Assembly: GCA_965220745.1 (NCBI GenBank)
Contig: CBDCQT010000013.1
Location: 832,001-896,000 of the forward strand
Direction: 5' to 3'
Length of the DNA stretch: 64,000 nt
From: Alphaproteobacteria bacterium
Lineage (GTDB): Bacteria; Pseudomonadota; Alphaproteobacteria; UBA828
In this document: positions 27,334 through 37,106 of the stretch, piece by piece
How the letters are laid out: each line of letters opens with the position of its first letter
Numbering within the stretch: the first letter of the stretch is position 1
Notes under the pieces: model-generated
What the model saw: the letters and a program-made list of their open reading frames with translations, nothing else
Told to the model about the DNA's origin: nothing
Database searches by the model: none
Made by a program: the position numbers and the translations under genes

Positions 27334-29433
27334 TCATGCGACCCGGTCCAAGTCGGCGAAGCTCCTGCCTTCCGCGGCAAGCCGGCCGAGCAGCGGCGCC
27401 GGCTCCCAGTAGTCCTGGCTCTGGTTGAAGCCCGTGATGGTGGCGTGAATGGCGTCGAGGCCAACGTGGTCGGCCCAGTGCATTACGCCGCCCCGCCAGC
27501 GGGGGAAGCCGTAGCCGTTGATCCACACGATGTCGATGTCGCTGCTGCGGAGCGCGATGCCGTCATCGAGCACGCGCGCGCCTTCGTTCACCAGGTGGTA
27601 GAGGCAGCGCTCCACGATCTCGTCTGCGCCAATGGTGCGGCGCGCGATGCCGCTCTCCGCCGCGACTTCGGCGATCAGCGCATCCACCTCGGGGTCCGGT
27701 ATCGGCGTGCGGCTGCCGGGCTCATAGCGGTAGTAGCCGGCGCCGGTCTTCTGGCCGAATCGGCCGCGCTCGCACAACCGGTCGGCCACCGCCGAGTAGC
27801 GCTTGGAGGGATCGCGCAGGTGCGCGTCCGCCTTGCGCTTGCGCCAGCTCACGTCGAGGCCGGCGAGGTCGGCGACGGCGCAGGGTCCCATCGCCATGCC
27901 GAAGCCGGTGAGCGCGGCGTCGATTTCGGTCGGGCTCGCGCCTTCCTCCAGCAGGAAGCGCACCTGTCGGGTGTAGCCTTCCAGCATGCGGTTGCCGATG
28001 AAGCCGTGGCAGACGCCGGCCACGACCGCAATTTTGCCGAGCCGCTGGCTGAGCGCGAGCACCGTTGCCAGCGTCTCAGGCGAGGCCGAATCGGTGCGCA
28101 CCACCTCCAGGAGCCGCATCACCTGCGCTGGGCTGAAGAAGTGCATGCCGAGCACATTGCCCTTGCGGCGGGGCACGATGTCCGCCAGGTGGTTGACGTC
28201 GAGATAGGAGGTGTTGGAGGCGATGATCGCGCCCTCGTCGCACGCCGAATCGAGGGCGCGGAACACGTCCTCCTTCAGCGGCATCTCCTCGAACACTGCC
28301 TCGATGACGAGGTCGGCGCCCGCGACGCCGTCCATGGTCTCGATCGGCTTGATCAGTTTGATACGGGCCTCGGCGTCCGCTTCGCCTAGCCGCCCGCGCG
28401 AGACTCGACGCTCGTAATCGCTGCGGATCGCGGCCAGCGCGCGTTCGAGGGCCTCGGAGTCGGAATCCATCAGGCGCACCGGGATCCCGGCGTTGGCGAA
28501 GCAAGTGGCGATGCCTCTGCCCATGGTGCCGGCCCCGATGATGGCGGCTTGCTCGACCGCGCGGGCCGGCGTGTCCTTGCCGATACCCGGCACCTTGCGC
28601 ACGGCACGCTCGGCGAAGAACACGTGGCGCAGCGCCGCCGATTCCGGCGAGGCCATGCATTCCTCGAAGGTCTCCCGCTCCTTGCGGACCCCCTCGTCGA
28701 AGGGGAGCGTCAGCGCCGCCTCGACGCACTCCAGGCATGCGATCGGGGCCCGCTGGCCGCGTGCCCGCCGTTCAAGGCGCTTGCGCGTGGCCGCGAAGAC
28801 ATCCGGGTCCTTCAACACCGGCTCTCGCTCGCGGGCGAGCGAATGCGGCGGCCCGGCGGCGATGCGCTCCGCCGCGAAGGCGAGCGCGCCTTCCAGCAGG
28901 TCTCCGTCGATCACTCGGTCGATGATCCCGTACTCGGCGGCTTCCGTCGCGGCGACGTGTGTGCCGTCGACGATCATGGCGAGCGCCTTCTCCACGCCTG
29001 AGAGCCGGGGCAGGCGCTGGGTGCCGCCCGCGCCGGGCGGGAAGCCGAGCAAGACTTCCGGTTGGCCGACCTCGGTCTTCCGGCTGGCCACCCGGTAGTG
29101 GCAGGAAAGCGCCAACTCGAGCCCGCCGCCCAGACAATAACCGTTGAGAGCGACGACCACCGGTTTGGCAGAGCGCTCGATCGCCGGGATCAGGTCGCGC
29201 AGAGTGGGTTCCCCCTCGGGCCACGGCTTGCCGAACGAGCGAATGTCGGCGCCAGCGAGCCCGCCCTTGCCCGCGCAGCGCAGCACCACCGCCTCGACCG
29301 CGCTGTCGGCCTGCGCTTCCGCCAGTCGCTCCAGGATCGCGCCCGGTATGCCGGGGCTCATCGCGTTCACCGGCGGGTTGTCGATGGTGATGATGCCGAC
29401 CGCGCCCTCGCGCTCCAAGCTCGCGCCGCTCAT
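27334..29433 (-). CDS. Bifunctional enoyl-CoA hydratase / 3-hydroxyacyl-CoA dehydrogenase
   Basis: DNPPVNA, GGGLELA, PGAGGTQRLPR, IGAGTMG, IEAVFE, ASNTS, GMHFFSPA and GFIGNRM motifs. Confidence 0.93.
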   Translation of the reverse strand: MSGASLEREGAVGIITIDNPPVNAMSPGIPGAILERLAEAQADSAVEAVVLRCAGKGGLAGADIRSFGKPWPEGEPTLRDLIPAIERSAKPVVVALNGYCLGGGLELALSCHYRVASRKTEVGQPEVLLGFPPGAGGTQRLPRLSGVEKALAMIVDGTHVAATEAAEYGIIDRVIDGDLLEGALAFAAERIAAGPPHSLAREREPVLKDPDVFAATRKRLERRARGQRAPIACLECVEAALTLPFDEGVRKERETFEECMASPESAALRHVFFAERAVRKVPGIGKDTPARAVEQAAIIGAGTMGRGIATCFANAGIPVRLMDSDSEALERALAAIRSDYERRVSRGRLGEADAEARIKLIKPIETMDGVAGADLVIEAVFEEMPLKEDVFRALDSACDEGAIIASNTSYLDVNHLADIVPRRKGNVLGMHFFSPAQVMRLLEVVRTDSASPETLATVLALSQRLGKIAVVAGVCHGFIGNRMLEGYTRQVRFLLEEGASPTEIDAALTGFGMAMGPCAVADLAGLDVSWRKRKADAHLRDPSKRYSAVADRLCERGRFGQKTGAGYYRYEPGSRTPIPDPEVDALIAEVAAESGIARRTIGADEIVERCLYHLVNEGARVLDDGIALRSSDIDIVWINGYGFPRWRGGVMHWADHVGLDAIHATITGFNQSQDYWEPAPLLGRLAAEGRSFADLDRVA

Positions 29434-29454
29434 TCTTCGCGTTCCTTTGTCCTT

Positions 29455-29519
29455 AGTGGAGAAGCTGTCGATAAGCTGTGGATAACGTTGTGAATTTCCT
29501 GTGGATAACCGTTGGAAAA
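29455..29519 (-). promoter_or_regulatory. Tandem DnaA-box array
   Basis: Perfect TGTGGATAA (TTATCCACA on the minus strand) at 29477-29485 and 29500-29508. TGTCGATAA at 29466-29474. Weaker boxes at 29455, 29489 and 29511. All in the same orientation with 11-12 bp period. Confidence 0.75.
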
Positions 29520-29532
29520 CCTGTGAGCGGCG

Positions 29533-30702
29533 TCAGGCCGTGCACACCTCGTCGAGCAGGCGGCGCATGAAGGCCTCGCAGGCGCGGACCTCGCTCAGCT
29601 CGATGTACTCGTTGGGCTGGTGCGCCTGGCGGATGCTGCCGGGCCCGCAGATCACGGTCGGAATCCCGGCTTCCTGGAACTGCCCAGCCTCCGTGCCGTA
29701 GGCCACCACCTCGGTGTGATTGGTGCGCGCCAGCGCCATCACGATCGCCTCCGCCGGCGAGCCGTCCTCCGGCACCAGGCCCGGCACGACGGCGCGGGCC
29801 TTCGTGGAGATTCCGGTCGCGGGATCGACCGCACGCATGCGCGGCAGCACGGTCTCCTCGGCGAAACGCTCGAAGCGGTTGCGTATCTCGTCAGGGTCCG
29901 CCCCCGGTACCAGCCGGTATTCCCAGGTGAACTTGCAGTCGAGCGGCACGATATTCTGGGCCGTTCCGCCCTGGATCGTGCCGACATGGACCGTCGTGTA
30001 CGGCGGGTCGAAGCCGCTCTCGGGCTCGGCACGTGCGGCCATCTCGTCGGCAATTTCGGTCAGGAAGTGGACCAACGTCGCGGCGTACTGCACCGCGTTC
30101 ACGCCGAGATGGGTGGCGCTGGAATGGACCTCCAGCCCGCGCACGCGGGTTTCGAAGCTGTAGACACCCTTGTGGGCGTTCACCACCGCCATGTTCGTGG
30201 GCTCGCCCACAATCACGATATGCGGCTTGACGCCCAGCTCGCGGCCAAGCCGGTCGATCATCAGCGGCGCGCCTAAGCAGCCGACCTCCTCGTCGAAGGA
30301 GAGCGCGAAATGAATGGGAGTCTTGAGCGGACGGGCGAGGAACTCCGGCACGAGGGCGAGCGCAATCGCGCTGAAGCTCTTCATGTCCGACGTGCCGCGG
30401 CCGTAGAGCCGGCCGTCTTTCTCTACGACACTGAACGGGTCCGTATCCCAGGGCTGGCCGTCCACCGGTACCACGTCGGTGTGGCCCGAGAGTGCTATTC
30501 CCGGCACATCGCTGGGGCCGACCGTGGCGTAAAGATTCGCCTTGTTTCCCGTTTCGTCGTGAATAAGTGTAGAATCAATGCCGTGTGAGGCGAGATAGTC
30601 GCGCACGAAGTGGATCAACGCGAGGTTCGACTCGCGACTAGTCGTGTCGAAAGACACGAGTCGCTCGATCATTTCGATGGGATCGTAATGAGTGCCGGAC
30701 AT
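29533..30702 (-). CDS. argE: Acetylornithine deacetylase (M20 family)
   Basis: LVSFDTTS, LSGHTDVVP, GRGTSDMK, FDEEVGCLG, VGEPT, HKG, YGTEAG and AHQPNE motifs. Confidence 0.9.
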   Translation of the reverse strand: MSGTHYDPIEMIERLVSFDTTSRESNLALIHFVRDYLASHGIDSTLIHDETGNKANLYATVGPSDVPGIALSGHTDVVPVDGQPWDTDPFSVVEKDGRLYGRGTSDMKSFSAIALALVPEFLARPLKTPIHFALSFDEEVGCLGAPLMIDRLGRELGVKPHIVIVGEPTNMAVVNAHKGVYSFETRVRGLEVHSSATHLGVNAVQYAATLVHFLTEIADEMAARAEPESGFDPPYTTVHVGTIQGGTAQNIVPLDCKFTWEYRLVPGADPDEIRNRFERFAEETVLPRMRAVDPATGISTKARAVVPGLVPEDGSPAEAIVMALARTNHTEVVAYGTEAGQFQEAGIPTVICGPGSIRQAHQPNEYIELSEVRACEAFMRRLLDEVCTA

Positions 30703-30808
30703 TCGCGTCACCATCCGTGTGGCGGGCGGGGATTGTCGCCGCGGCATGGCGGCGGCACAAGGCCGCCCACCACAGGTTGCCGAGTAGGGGAGTAAGGGGA
30801 GGCCGCAG

Positions 30809-32065
30809 TTGGCCAAACGCCGTCGATTTCGCACGCTGAAGGTCGTGCTGCCGCTGCTCACGCTGGTGTGCGCGGTGTTGGCGGTCGGCTACCTGCAGGC
30901 GACGCGGCCCGAGATCGAGCGCACCGGCCCGGCGGAGCGCGCGCGGCCAATTGCCGCCGCGACCGTCCGCATCGCCGACGTGCAGCCCTCAATCGGCGCC
31001 TACGGCGAGGTGGTGGCGCACCGCGACGTGGAGCTGCGGGCGCTGGTGGCGGGGCCGGTGGTGGCCGTGGGCCGGAACTTCATGAACGGCGGCACGGTGC
31101 GGGCCGGCGAGCTGCTGGTGGAGATCGACCCCTTCGAGTATCGCGCAGCGGTCACGGAGGCGGAGGCGGCACTGGCCGAGGCGCGAGCGCAGCTTTCGGA
31201 GACCGGGGCGGAGCTGGGAGCGGAAGAGGCGGGACTCACGGCAGATCGCACCCAACTGGCGTTGGCGGAGCGCGAGCTGGAACGGCGGGAGGCACTGCTC
31301 GCCAAAGGCACCGCCGCACAGAAGACGGTCGACGATGCCCTGGTGCGCCGGAGCGAGCGGGTGCGGGCACTGGCGGCGACGGAGCGCCGGATTGCGGGCT
31401 TGCGCGCGCGGATCGCGCGGCAGGAGGCGGTGATTGCGCGCAGCACCGTAGCGCTGGAACGGGCCGAACGCGATCTTGCGAACACGTGGCTGGTCGCACC
31501 CTTCGATGGGTATCTGACGTCAATTTCCGCCGCGCTCGGCAAGCGGCTCGGCGTGAACGATCGCGTGGTCCGCTTGTTGGATCAGGCCCAGCTGGACATC
31601 CAAATTCATCTGAGCGACGCGGACTACGGGCGGCTCGTCTCCTCTGCGGCGGGTCTTCGCGGGCGCCCGGTGGAGGTGACGTGGCGTGCGGGGGACCGCA
31701 ACTTCCCCTTCCGCGCGGTGATCCAGCGGGCCGACGGCGAGGTCGACGCGGCGAGCGGCGGGGTTCGTGTGTATGCGCGGATCGAGCATGACGCGGCGGC
31801 GCTGCCGCTCCGCCCCGGCGCCTTCGTGGAGGTTCGCATACCGGACCGCGTGTACCGGGGGGCCACGCAGTTGCCGGAGACGGCGCTGGTCGGCGGCGAT
31901 ACGGTCTACGCGGTCGTGGACGGCCGGCTCGAGCCCCGGCCGGTGGCGCTGCTCGCGCGCGTCGGCAACGACGTCGTGGTATCCGGCGGAATCACCGAGG
32001 GTGAGAGTGTCGCGACGACGCGCTTCCCCGAGATCGGACCCGGCGTCAAAGTCGAGGTGCGATGA
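30809..32065 (+). CDS. RND efflux periplasmic adaptor (membrane fusion protein)
   Basis: N-terminal membrane anchor, lipoyl-like GELLVEIDP and APFDG halves around a coiled coil, LRPGAFVEV; overlaps the RND permease gene. Confidence 0.9.
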   Translation: MAKRRRFRTLKVVLPLLTLVCAVLAVGYLQATRPEIERTGPAERARPIAAATVRIADVQPSIGAYGEVVAHRDVELRALVAGPVVAVGRNFMNGGTVRAGELLVEIDPFEYRAAVTEAEAALAEARAQLSETGAELGAEEAGLTADRTQLALAERELERREALLAKGTAAQKTVDDALVRRSERVRALAATERRIAGLRARIARQEAVIARSTVALERAERDLANTWLVAPFDGYLTSISAALGKRLGVNDRVVRLLDQAQLDIQIHLSDADYGRLVSSAAGLRGRPVEVTWRAGDRNFPFRAVIQRADGEVDAASGGVRVYARIEHDAAALPLRPGAFVEVRIPDRVYRGATQLPETALVGGDTVYAVVDGRLEPRPVALLARVGNDVVVSGGITEGESVATTRFPEIGPGVKVEVR

Positions 32066-35000
32066 GCCAGACCGGTCGCGGTCTGATCGCGCTGTTCACG
32101 CGCCACCGTACGGCCGCCAATCTGGTGATGGTGCTGATGATCCTGTTCGGCGTGCTCGGGCTCGCGCGCATGAACACTCAGTTCTTCCCTACCTTCGCCG
32201 TCGAATGGGTCTCGGTCAGCGTGACCTGGCCCGGCGCCAGCGCCGAGGACGTGGATACCAACATCGTCGCCGCCATCGAGCCGGAGGTCCGCTTCCTCGA
32301 CGGGGTCAAGCGCGTCTTCGCGCAGTCCGTGGAAGGCATCGGCTCGGTCGTCGTAGAGTTCGAGCCGGGGACGAACCTCGATACGGCGCTGGCCAATGTC
32401 GAGAACGCCGTGGATCGGGTCGAGACGCTGCCGGAGGACTCCGAGAGGCCGGTCGTCAACCGCCTCTACTTCTACGAGAACATAGGCAATATCGTCGTTT
32501 CCGGCCCGTTCTCCGAAGCGGCGCTGCGTGCCCACGCCAAGGATATCCGGGAGCGTCTGCTTGCCGCTGGCGTCGACAAGGTCGACCTGTTCGGCAGCCG
32601 GCGCGAGGAGATCTGGGTCGAGGTCGGGGAGGGGCGCCTGCGTCAGCTCGACCTCACGCTCGGCGATATCGCGTCGCGGATCGGTACGAGTTCGGCTGAC
32701 CAGCCTTCCGGCATCGTTCCTGCCGGCACCAACAAGCAGATCCGAAGCCTGGGCCTTGCCAGATCGGCCGATGAGATCGGCCAGGTCGAGATCATCGCGC
32801 GCGAGGACGGGGCCAAGGTCCACCTCCGCGATATCGCGACCATCAGCGAACGCTTCAACGAGCGGGATGCTGTCGCGTACAGGGCGGGCTACCCCGCCAT
32901 CGAGCTCCAGGTGCGGCGGGCGAGCACGTCCGATGCGCTGGAGCAGGCGGGCATCCTCGATGACTTTCTGGGGGAGATGCGGCCGACGCTGCCCCCGACT
33001 CTGGTCGTCGAGCACTACGACAATGCGGCCGAGCTCATCGACGACCGCATCAACATGCTGCTCCGCAACGGCGCGAGCGGGCTGGCTCTGGTGGTGCTGG
33101 TGCTGTTCATCTTCCTGAGCACGCGGGTCGCCTTCTGGGTCACGGTCGGCATTCCCGTCTCGCTGCTCGCCACCCTCGGCGTGATGATGCTGACCGGCCA
33201 GACGATCAACATGGTGAGCCTGTTCGCGCTCATCATGGCCATCGGCATCATCGTGGACGACGCCATCGTGGTCGGCGAGCATGCCGTGACCCAGCGCGCG
33301 GCGGGCGCCGGCCCGGCCGACGCGGCGGAACTCGGCGCGCGACGAATGCTGGCGCCGGTGATGGCGGCAACGCTGACAAGCGTCGCCGCCTTCCTGCCGC
33401 TCTTCATGGTGTCGGGCCAGATCGGTGAGATCATCGGGGCCATTCCCCTGGTGATCGTGGCCGTGCTCGTCGCGAGCCTGATCGAGTGCTTCCTGGTGTT
33501 GCCGGGCCATCTGCGGATCGGTCTGAAGACCGATCCAAGGGGGGAAAACAGGTTTGCCCGATGGTTCAACCCGCGCTTCGAGGCGTTCCGCGACGGTCTG
33601 TTCGCCCGCGTCGTGCGGGCCTGCGTCGCCTGGCGCTACCTCACCGTCGCCGTCGCGATCGGCCTGCTGCTGCTGTTCATAGGGCTGATCGGGGGCGGGC
33701 GTATCTCATTCGTTTTCTTCCCCTCGCCCGAAGCGGACTCTGTGGTCGCCAACGTCACCTTCGTCGAGGGCACCAAGCGGGAGACCACGGCCGCCATGGT
33801 GGACGAGCTCGGGCGGGCGCTGGACGAAGCCGAGCGCGCGCTGACAGAGGGCGCCGGCGGCCTCGTGGTCATGAGCCTCGGCCAGGTCGGCAAGCCGGCG
33901 TCCCGTCCCAACACGTTCTTCCTCGGCACCGGCGACCACGTGGGCGCCATGCGGGTCGAGCTGCAGCCATCGGATCGGCGCACCATCCGCACGCAGGCGC
34001 TGATCGAGGAATGGCGCAAGCGGGTGCGCCCGCTGCCGGGGCTGGAGACCATGACGATCCTCGAGCGTGCAGCCGGGCCACCCGGCCGCGAGATCGACAT
34101 TCGGATCGCAGGCGACGACGTGCAGGCGCTCAAGGCGGCGGCAGGCGAGGTGAGCGTGCTGCTCGGCCGTTTCCCCGGTGTGAGCGACATCGAGGACAAC
34201 ACCCCCTACGGCAAGCAGGAGGCGATCCTTACCGTCAATGCGCGCGGCCGCGCCCTCGGCTTCACCACGGAGAGCGCCGCGCGCCAGGTGCGCGCCGCCT
34301 TCGAGGGCGTGATCGCGAGGCGCTTCGCGCGAGGTGACGAAGAGGTCGCGATCCGTGTCCGCCTGCCGCACGAAGCCCTCACCGAAGGCGATCTCCGGCG
34401 CTTCTATCTGCGGAGCCCTGCGGGCGTCGAAGTGCCGCTCGCCGAAGTGGTCGACTTCGACGAGGCAACTGGGTTCGCGAGCATCCGCCGCGAGGACGGC
34501 CAGCGCATGATCGCCGTCACGGCGGAGATCGACGAATCGACAACCAACACCGACGAGGTCTTGGACGCGCTCCAGGTCGAGGGACTGCCGGAGCTCTCGC
34601 AGAAGTACGGCGTCGGCGTCCTGCTGCGCGGCAAGGCCGAGGAACAGGCGACGACCATGGGCGACATGATGACCGGCGCCGTGGTCGCCTTGGTTGCGAT
34701 TTATCTCATTCTAGCCTGGGTGTTCTCCAGCTACTCGCGGCCGATCTTCGTCATGGCCGTGATTCCCTTCGGTGCAGTTGGCGCCGTCTTCGGCCATTTC
34801 GTTCTGGGCTACGACCTCACTGTTCTGAGCATGATGGCGCTGCTCGGGCTGAGCGGCATCGTGGTCAACGATTCGATCATCCTCGTGCGCGCGATCCAGG
34901 AGCGTCTCAACACCGGCGAACCGCTGATGGAGGCCCTGGTCGGCGGCGCGCGGGATCGTCTGCGTGCCGTCATTCTGACCTCCGTGACCACGATCTTCGG

Positions 35001-35235
35001 CCTCACGCCCTTGCTCTTCGAGACCAGCCTTCAGGCGCAGTTCCTGAAGCCCATGGCGGTCACCATCGTCTTCGGCCTGCTCGGCGTGACCCTGATCGTG
35101 CTGATCCTGGTGCCGTGCCTGCTCGCCATTCAGGGCGACATCGCCGCTCTCTTCGGCCGCCCGCCGGCCGGGGATGAGGAGGCCGTCGAGGACGATCCGT
35201 CGCCGGCTCTCAGGCTTCGCGAAAGCGACGGTTGA
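32062..35235 (+). CDS. RND efflux permease (AcrB/AcrD/AcrF family)
   Basis: 1057 aa with WPGASAEDV, GIIVDDAIVVGE, GIVVNDSI and RLRAVILTSVTT motifs. Confidence 0.93.
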   Translation: MSQTGRGLIALFTRHRTAANLVMVLMILFGVLGLARMNTQFFPTFAVEWVSVSVTWPGASAEDVDTNIVAAIEPEVRFLDGVKRVFAQSVEGIGSVVVEFEPGTNLDTALANVENAVDRVETLPEDSERPVVNRLYFYENIGNIVVSGPFSEAALRAHAKDIRERLLAAGVDKVDLFGSRREEIWVEVGEGRLRQLDLTLGDIASRIGTSSADQPSGIVPAGTNKQIRSLGLARSADEIGQVEIIAREDGAKVHLRDIATISERFNERDAVAYRAGYPAIELQVRRASTSDALEQAGILDDFLGEMRPTLPPTLVVEHYDNAAELIDDRINMLLRNGASGLALVVLVLFIFLSTRVAFWVTVGIPVSLLATLGVMMLTGQTINMVSLFALIMAIGIIVDDAIVVGEHAVTQRAAGAGPADAAELGARRMLAPVMAATLTSVAAFLPLFMVSGQIGEIIGAIPLVIVAVLVASLIECFLVLPGHLRIGLKTDPRGENRFARWFNPRFEAFRDGLFARVVRACVAWRYLTVAVAIGLLLLFIGLIGGGRISFVFFPSPEADSVVANVTFVEGTKRETTAAMVDELGRALDEAERALTEGAGGLVVMSLGQVGKPASRPNTFFLGTGDHVGAMRVELQPSDRRTIRTQALIEEWRKRVRPLPGLETMTILERAAGPPGREIDIRIAGDDVQALKAAAGEVSVLLGRFPGVSDIEDNTPYGKQEAILTVNARGRALGFTTESAARQVRAAFEGVIARRFARGDEEVAIRVRLPHEALTEGDLRRFYLRSPAGVEVPLAEVVDFDEATGFASIRREDGQRMIAVTAEIDESTTNTDEVLDALQVEGLPELSQKYGVGVLLRGKAEEQATTMGDMMTGAVVALVAIYLILAWVFSSYSRPIFVMAVIPFGAVGAVFGHFVLGYDLTVLSMMALLGLSGIVVNDSIILVRAIQERLNTGEPLMEALVGGARDRLRAVILTSVTTIFGLTPLLFETSLQAQFLKPMAVTIVFGLLGVTLIVLILVPCLLAIQGDIAALFGRPPAGDEEAVEDDPSPALRLRESDG

Positions 35236-35326
35236 TCGCAGCGCACGCGGCCACTACACAGCGCCCTAGCCGCAGCCCGGCTCCCTAATAGGTCGGGCGA
35301 GGCGAAGAGAGCGAGGAGGAGTGGGC

Positions 35327-36544
35327 GTGAACGGCATTCTCAAAGGCCTGCGCGTTGTCGAAGGCTCGGCCTTCGTCGCCGCTCCGCTCGGCGGCATGAC
35401 GCTCGCCCAGATGGGCGCGGACGTGATCCGCTTCGACCCGCTCACGGGCGGCCTGGACTACCGGCGCTGGCCGGTTACGCCCGAGAACGAGAGCATCTAC
35501 TGGGCCGGCATGAACAAGGGCAAGCGCTCCTTCGCGGTCAACCTGCGCGAGGCGGAGGGGCGCGAGCTGGTGGCGGCCCTCATCACCGCGCCGGGGCCGG
35601 AGGCGGGCATCTTTCTGACCAATCTGCAGGTCGGAGACTGGCTCTCTTACGAGACGCTGAGCGCCCGGCGCGAAGACCTCATCATGCTCCGCATCATCGG
35701 CAACCCGGACGGCACGGTCGCGGTCGACTACACCGTGAACGCCCGCATGGGCTGGCCGTTCGTGACCGGACCGGCGGACCTGGACGAGCCGGTCAACAAC
35801 GTGCTGCCGGGTTGGGACCTGACCTGCGGGCTTACCGCCACCATCGGCCTGCTCGCGGCCGAGCGACACCGCAGCCGCACCGGCGAGGGGCAGGAGGTGC
35901 GGCTCAGCCTCGCCGATGTCGCCTATCACATCACCGGCTCGCTCGGTTACATCGGCGATGTCGAGATCAACGGCGCCGAGCGGCCGCGCATCGGCAACGA
36001 CATGTACGGCACCTTCGGCGGCGATTTTGCCACCCTCGACGGCCGCCGGGTCATGCTGGTGGTGGTGACGCCGCGCCACGTCAAGGCGCTGGGGCAGGCA
36101 GCCGGGCTCACGGAGACCTTCGCCGCCATCGAGGCGGAGCACGGTGTCAATCTTGCCGACGAGGCCGACCGCTGGGAGGTGCGAGAGCAGCTTCGCGCCG
36201 CGCTCGAGCCGTGGTTCGCCTCACTGAGCCTGGAGGAGGTGGGCGCCCGGCTCACCGAGGTCGGCGTGCTCTGGGGGCCGTTTCGCACCCATACCCAGAT
36301 GGTGGAGGAAGACCCCTTCTGCTCGACCGCCAATCCGCTGTTTCAGCGGATCGATCAGCCGGGGATCGGGCCTGTGCTGACGCCGGGCTCGCCGCTGGAC
36401 TTCGCCGCGTCTCCCCGAGGTGAGGTCGCGCCGGGGCCGCAGCTCGGCCAGCACACCGACGAGATTCTGGCGGGGGTGCTGGGCCTCAGCGACGGTGCCA
36501 TCGGCGCACTACACGATCGCGGTATCGTCGGCGCGCCTAGCTGA
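35327..36544 (+). CDS. Family III CoA-transferase, mesaconyl-CoA C1-C4 CoA transferase (2-methylfumaryl-CoA isomerase)-like
   Basis: VEGSAFVAAPLGGMTLAQMGADVIRFDP, GGLDYRRWP, WAGMNKGKRS, VDYTVN and PVNNVLPGWD match the Mct subfamily as I recall it. Confidence 0.8.
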   Translation: MNGILKGLRVVEGSAFVAAPLGGMTLAQMGADVIRFDPLTGGLDYRRWPVTPENESIYWAGMNKGKRSFAVNLREAEGRELVAALITAPGPEAGIFLTNLQVGDWLSYETLSARREDLIMLRIIGNPDGTVAVDYTVNARMGWPFVTGPADLDEPVNNVLPGWDLTCGLTATIGLLAAERHRSRTGEGQEVRLSLADVAYHITGSLGYIGDVEINGAERPRIGNDMYGTFGGDFATLDGRRVMLVVVTPRHVKALGQAAGLTETFAAIEAEHGVNLADEADRWEVREQLRAALEPWFASLSLEEVGARLTEVGVLWGPFRTHTQMVEEDPFCSTANPLFQRIDQPGIGPVLTPGSPLDFAASPRGEVAPGPQLGQHTDEILAGVLGLSDGAIGALHDRGIVGAPS

Positions 36545-36552
36545 CGCAGGGC

Positions 36553-37095
36553 TCAGGCGCCCTCGACCAGAACTGCCTCTCCCTCCAGCCGGCTGGCGTC
36601 CGCCGACTCGCGCCAGGCCTCCGCCGCAGCGCGGTCGTCGAATTCGAGCACCGTCATGCGCCCGTCGGGCCAGGTACCTTCCTTGACCGTTGGCGCTCGG
36701 CCGCTCGACAGCACCCGACCGCCATGGGTGGCGACGCTACGGGTATCGATGTCGGACTCGCCGCTCGCTCCACGGAGGATCAGGTAGTGGCCGCCACCCT
36801 GTGCAGCGTCACCGCCTTCGAGATGGACCATGTGGCCGGTCGATGCGCGCTGTCGAATCGCGCGCGCCTCGACGTAGGCGGGCGAATCGTACCAGGCCGC
36901 GGCGCGAGCCGGACTGTCGAACTCCAGCAGCACCAGCCGCCCCGGTTGCCAGCCGCCGGCGATCACCTCGTGCCCACCACCCCTGACCAAGAAGCGCCCC
37001 TCGAACGCCGCGATCGAGCCCGGCGTCAGCGCCCGGTAGTCGGCATAGGTCTCCGGATCGGTCACGGTCACATCGGCGATCACATAGCCTGGCAT
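36553..37095 (-). CDS. DUF1330 family protein with two tandem domains
   Basis: MPGYVIADVTVTDPETY...GRFLVRGG...LEFDS...WYDSPAY, followed by a second degenerate copy (HGGRVLSSG...VLEFDD...VLVEG). Confidence 0.85.
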   Translation of the reverse strand: MPGYVIADVTVTDPETYADYRALTPGSIAAFEGRFLVRGGGHEVIAGGWQPGRLVLLEFDSPARAAAWYDSPAYVEARAIRQRASTGHMVHLEGGDAAQGGGHYLILRGASGESDIDTRSVATHGGRVLSSGRAPTVKEGTWPDGRMTVLEFDDRAAAEAWRESADASRLEGEAVLVEGA

Positions 37096-37106
37096 GTCGG
37101 GCGTCC

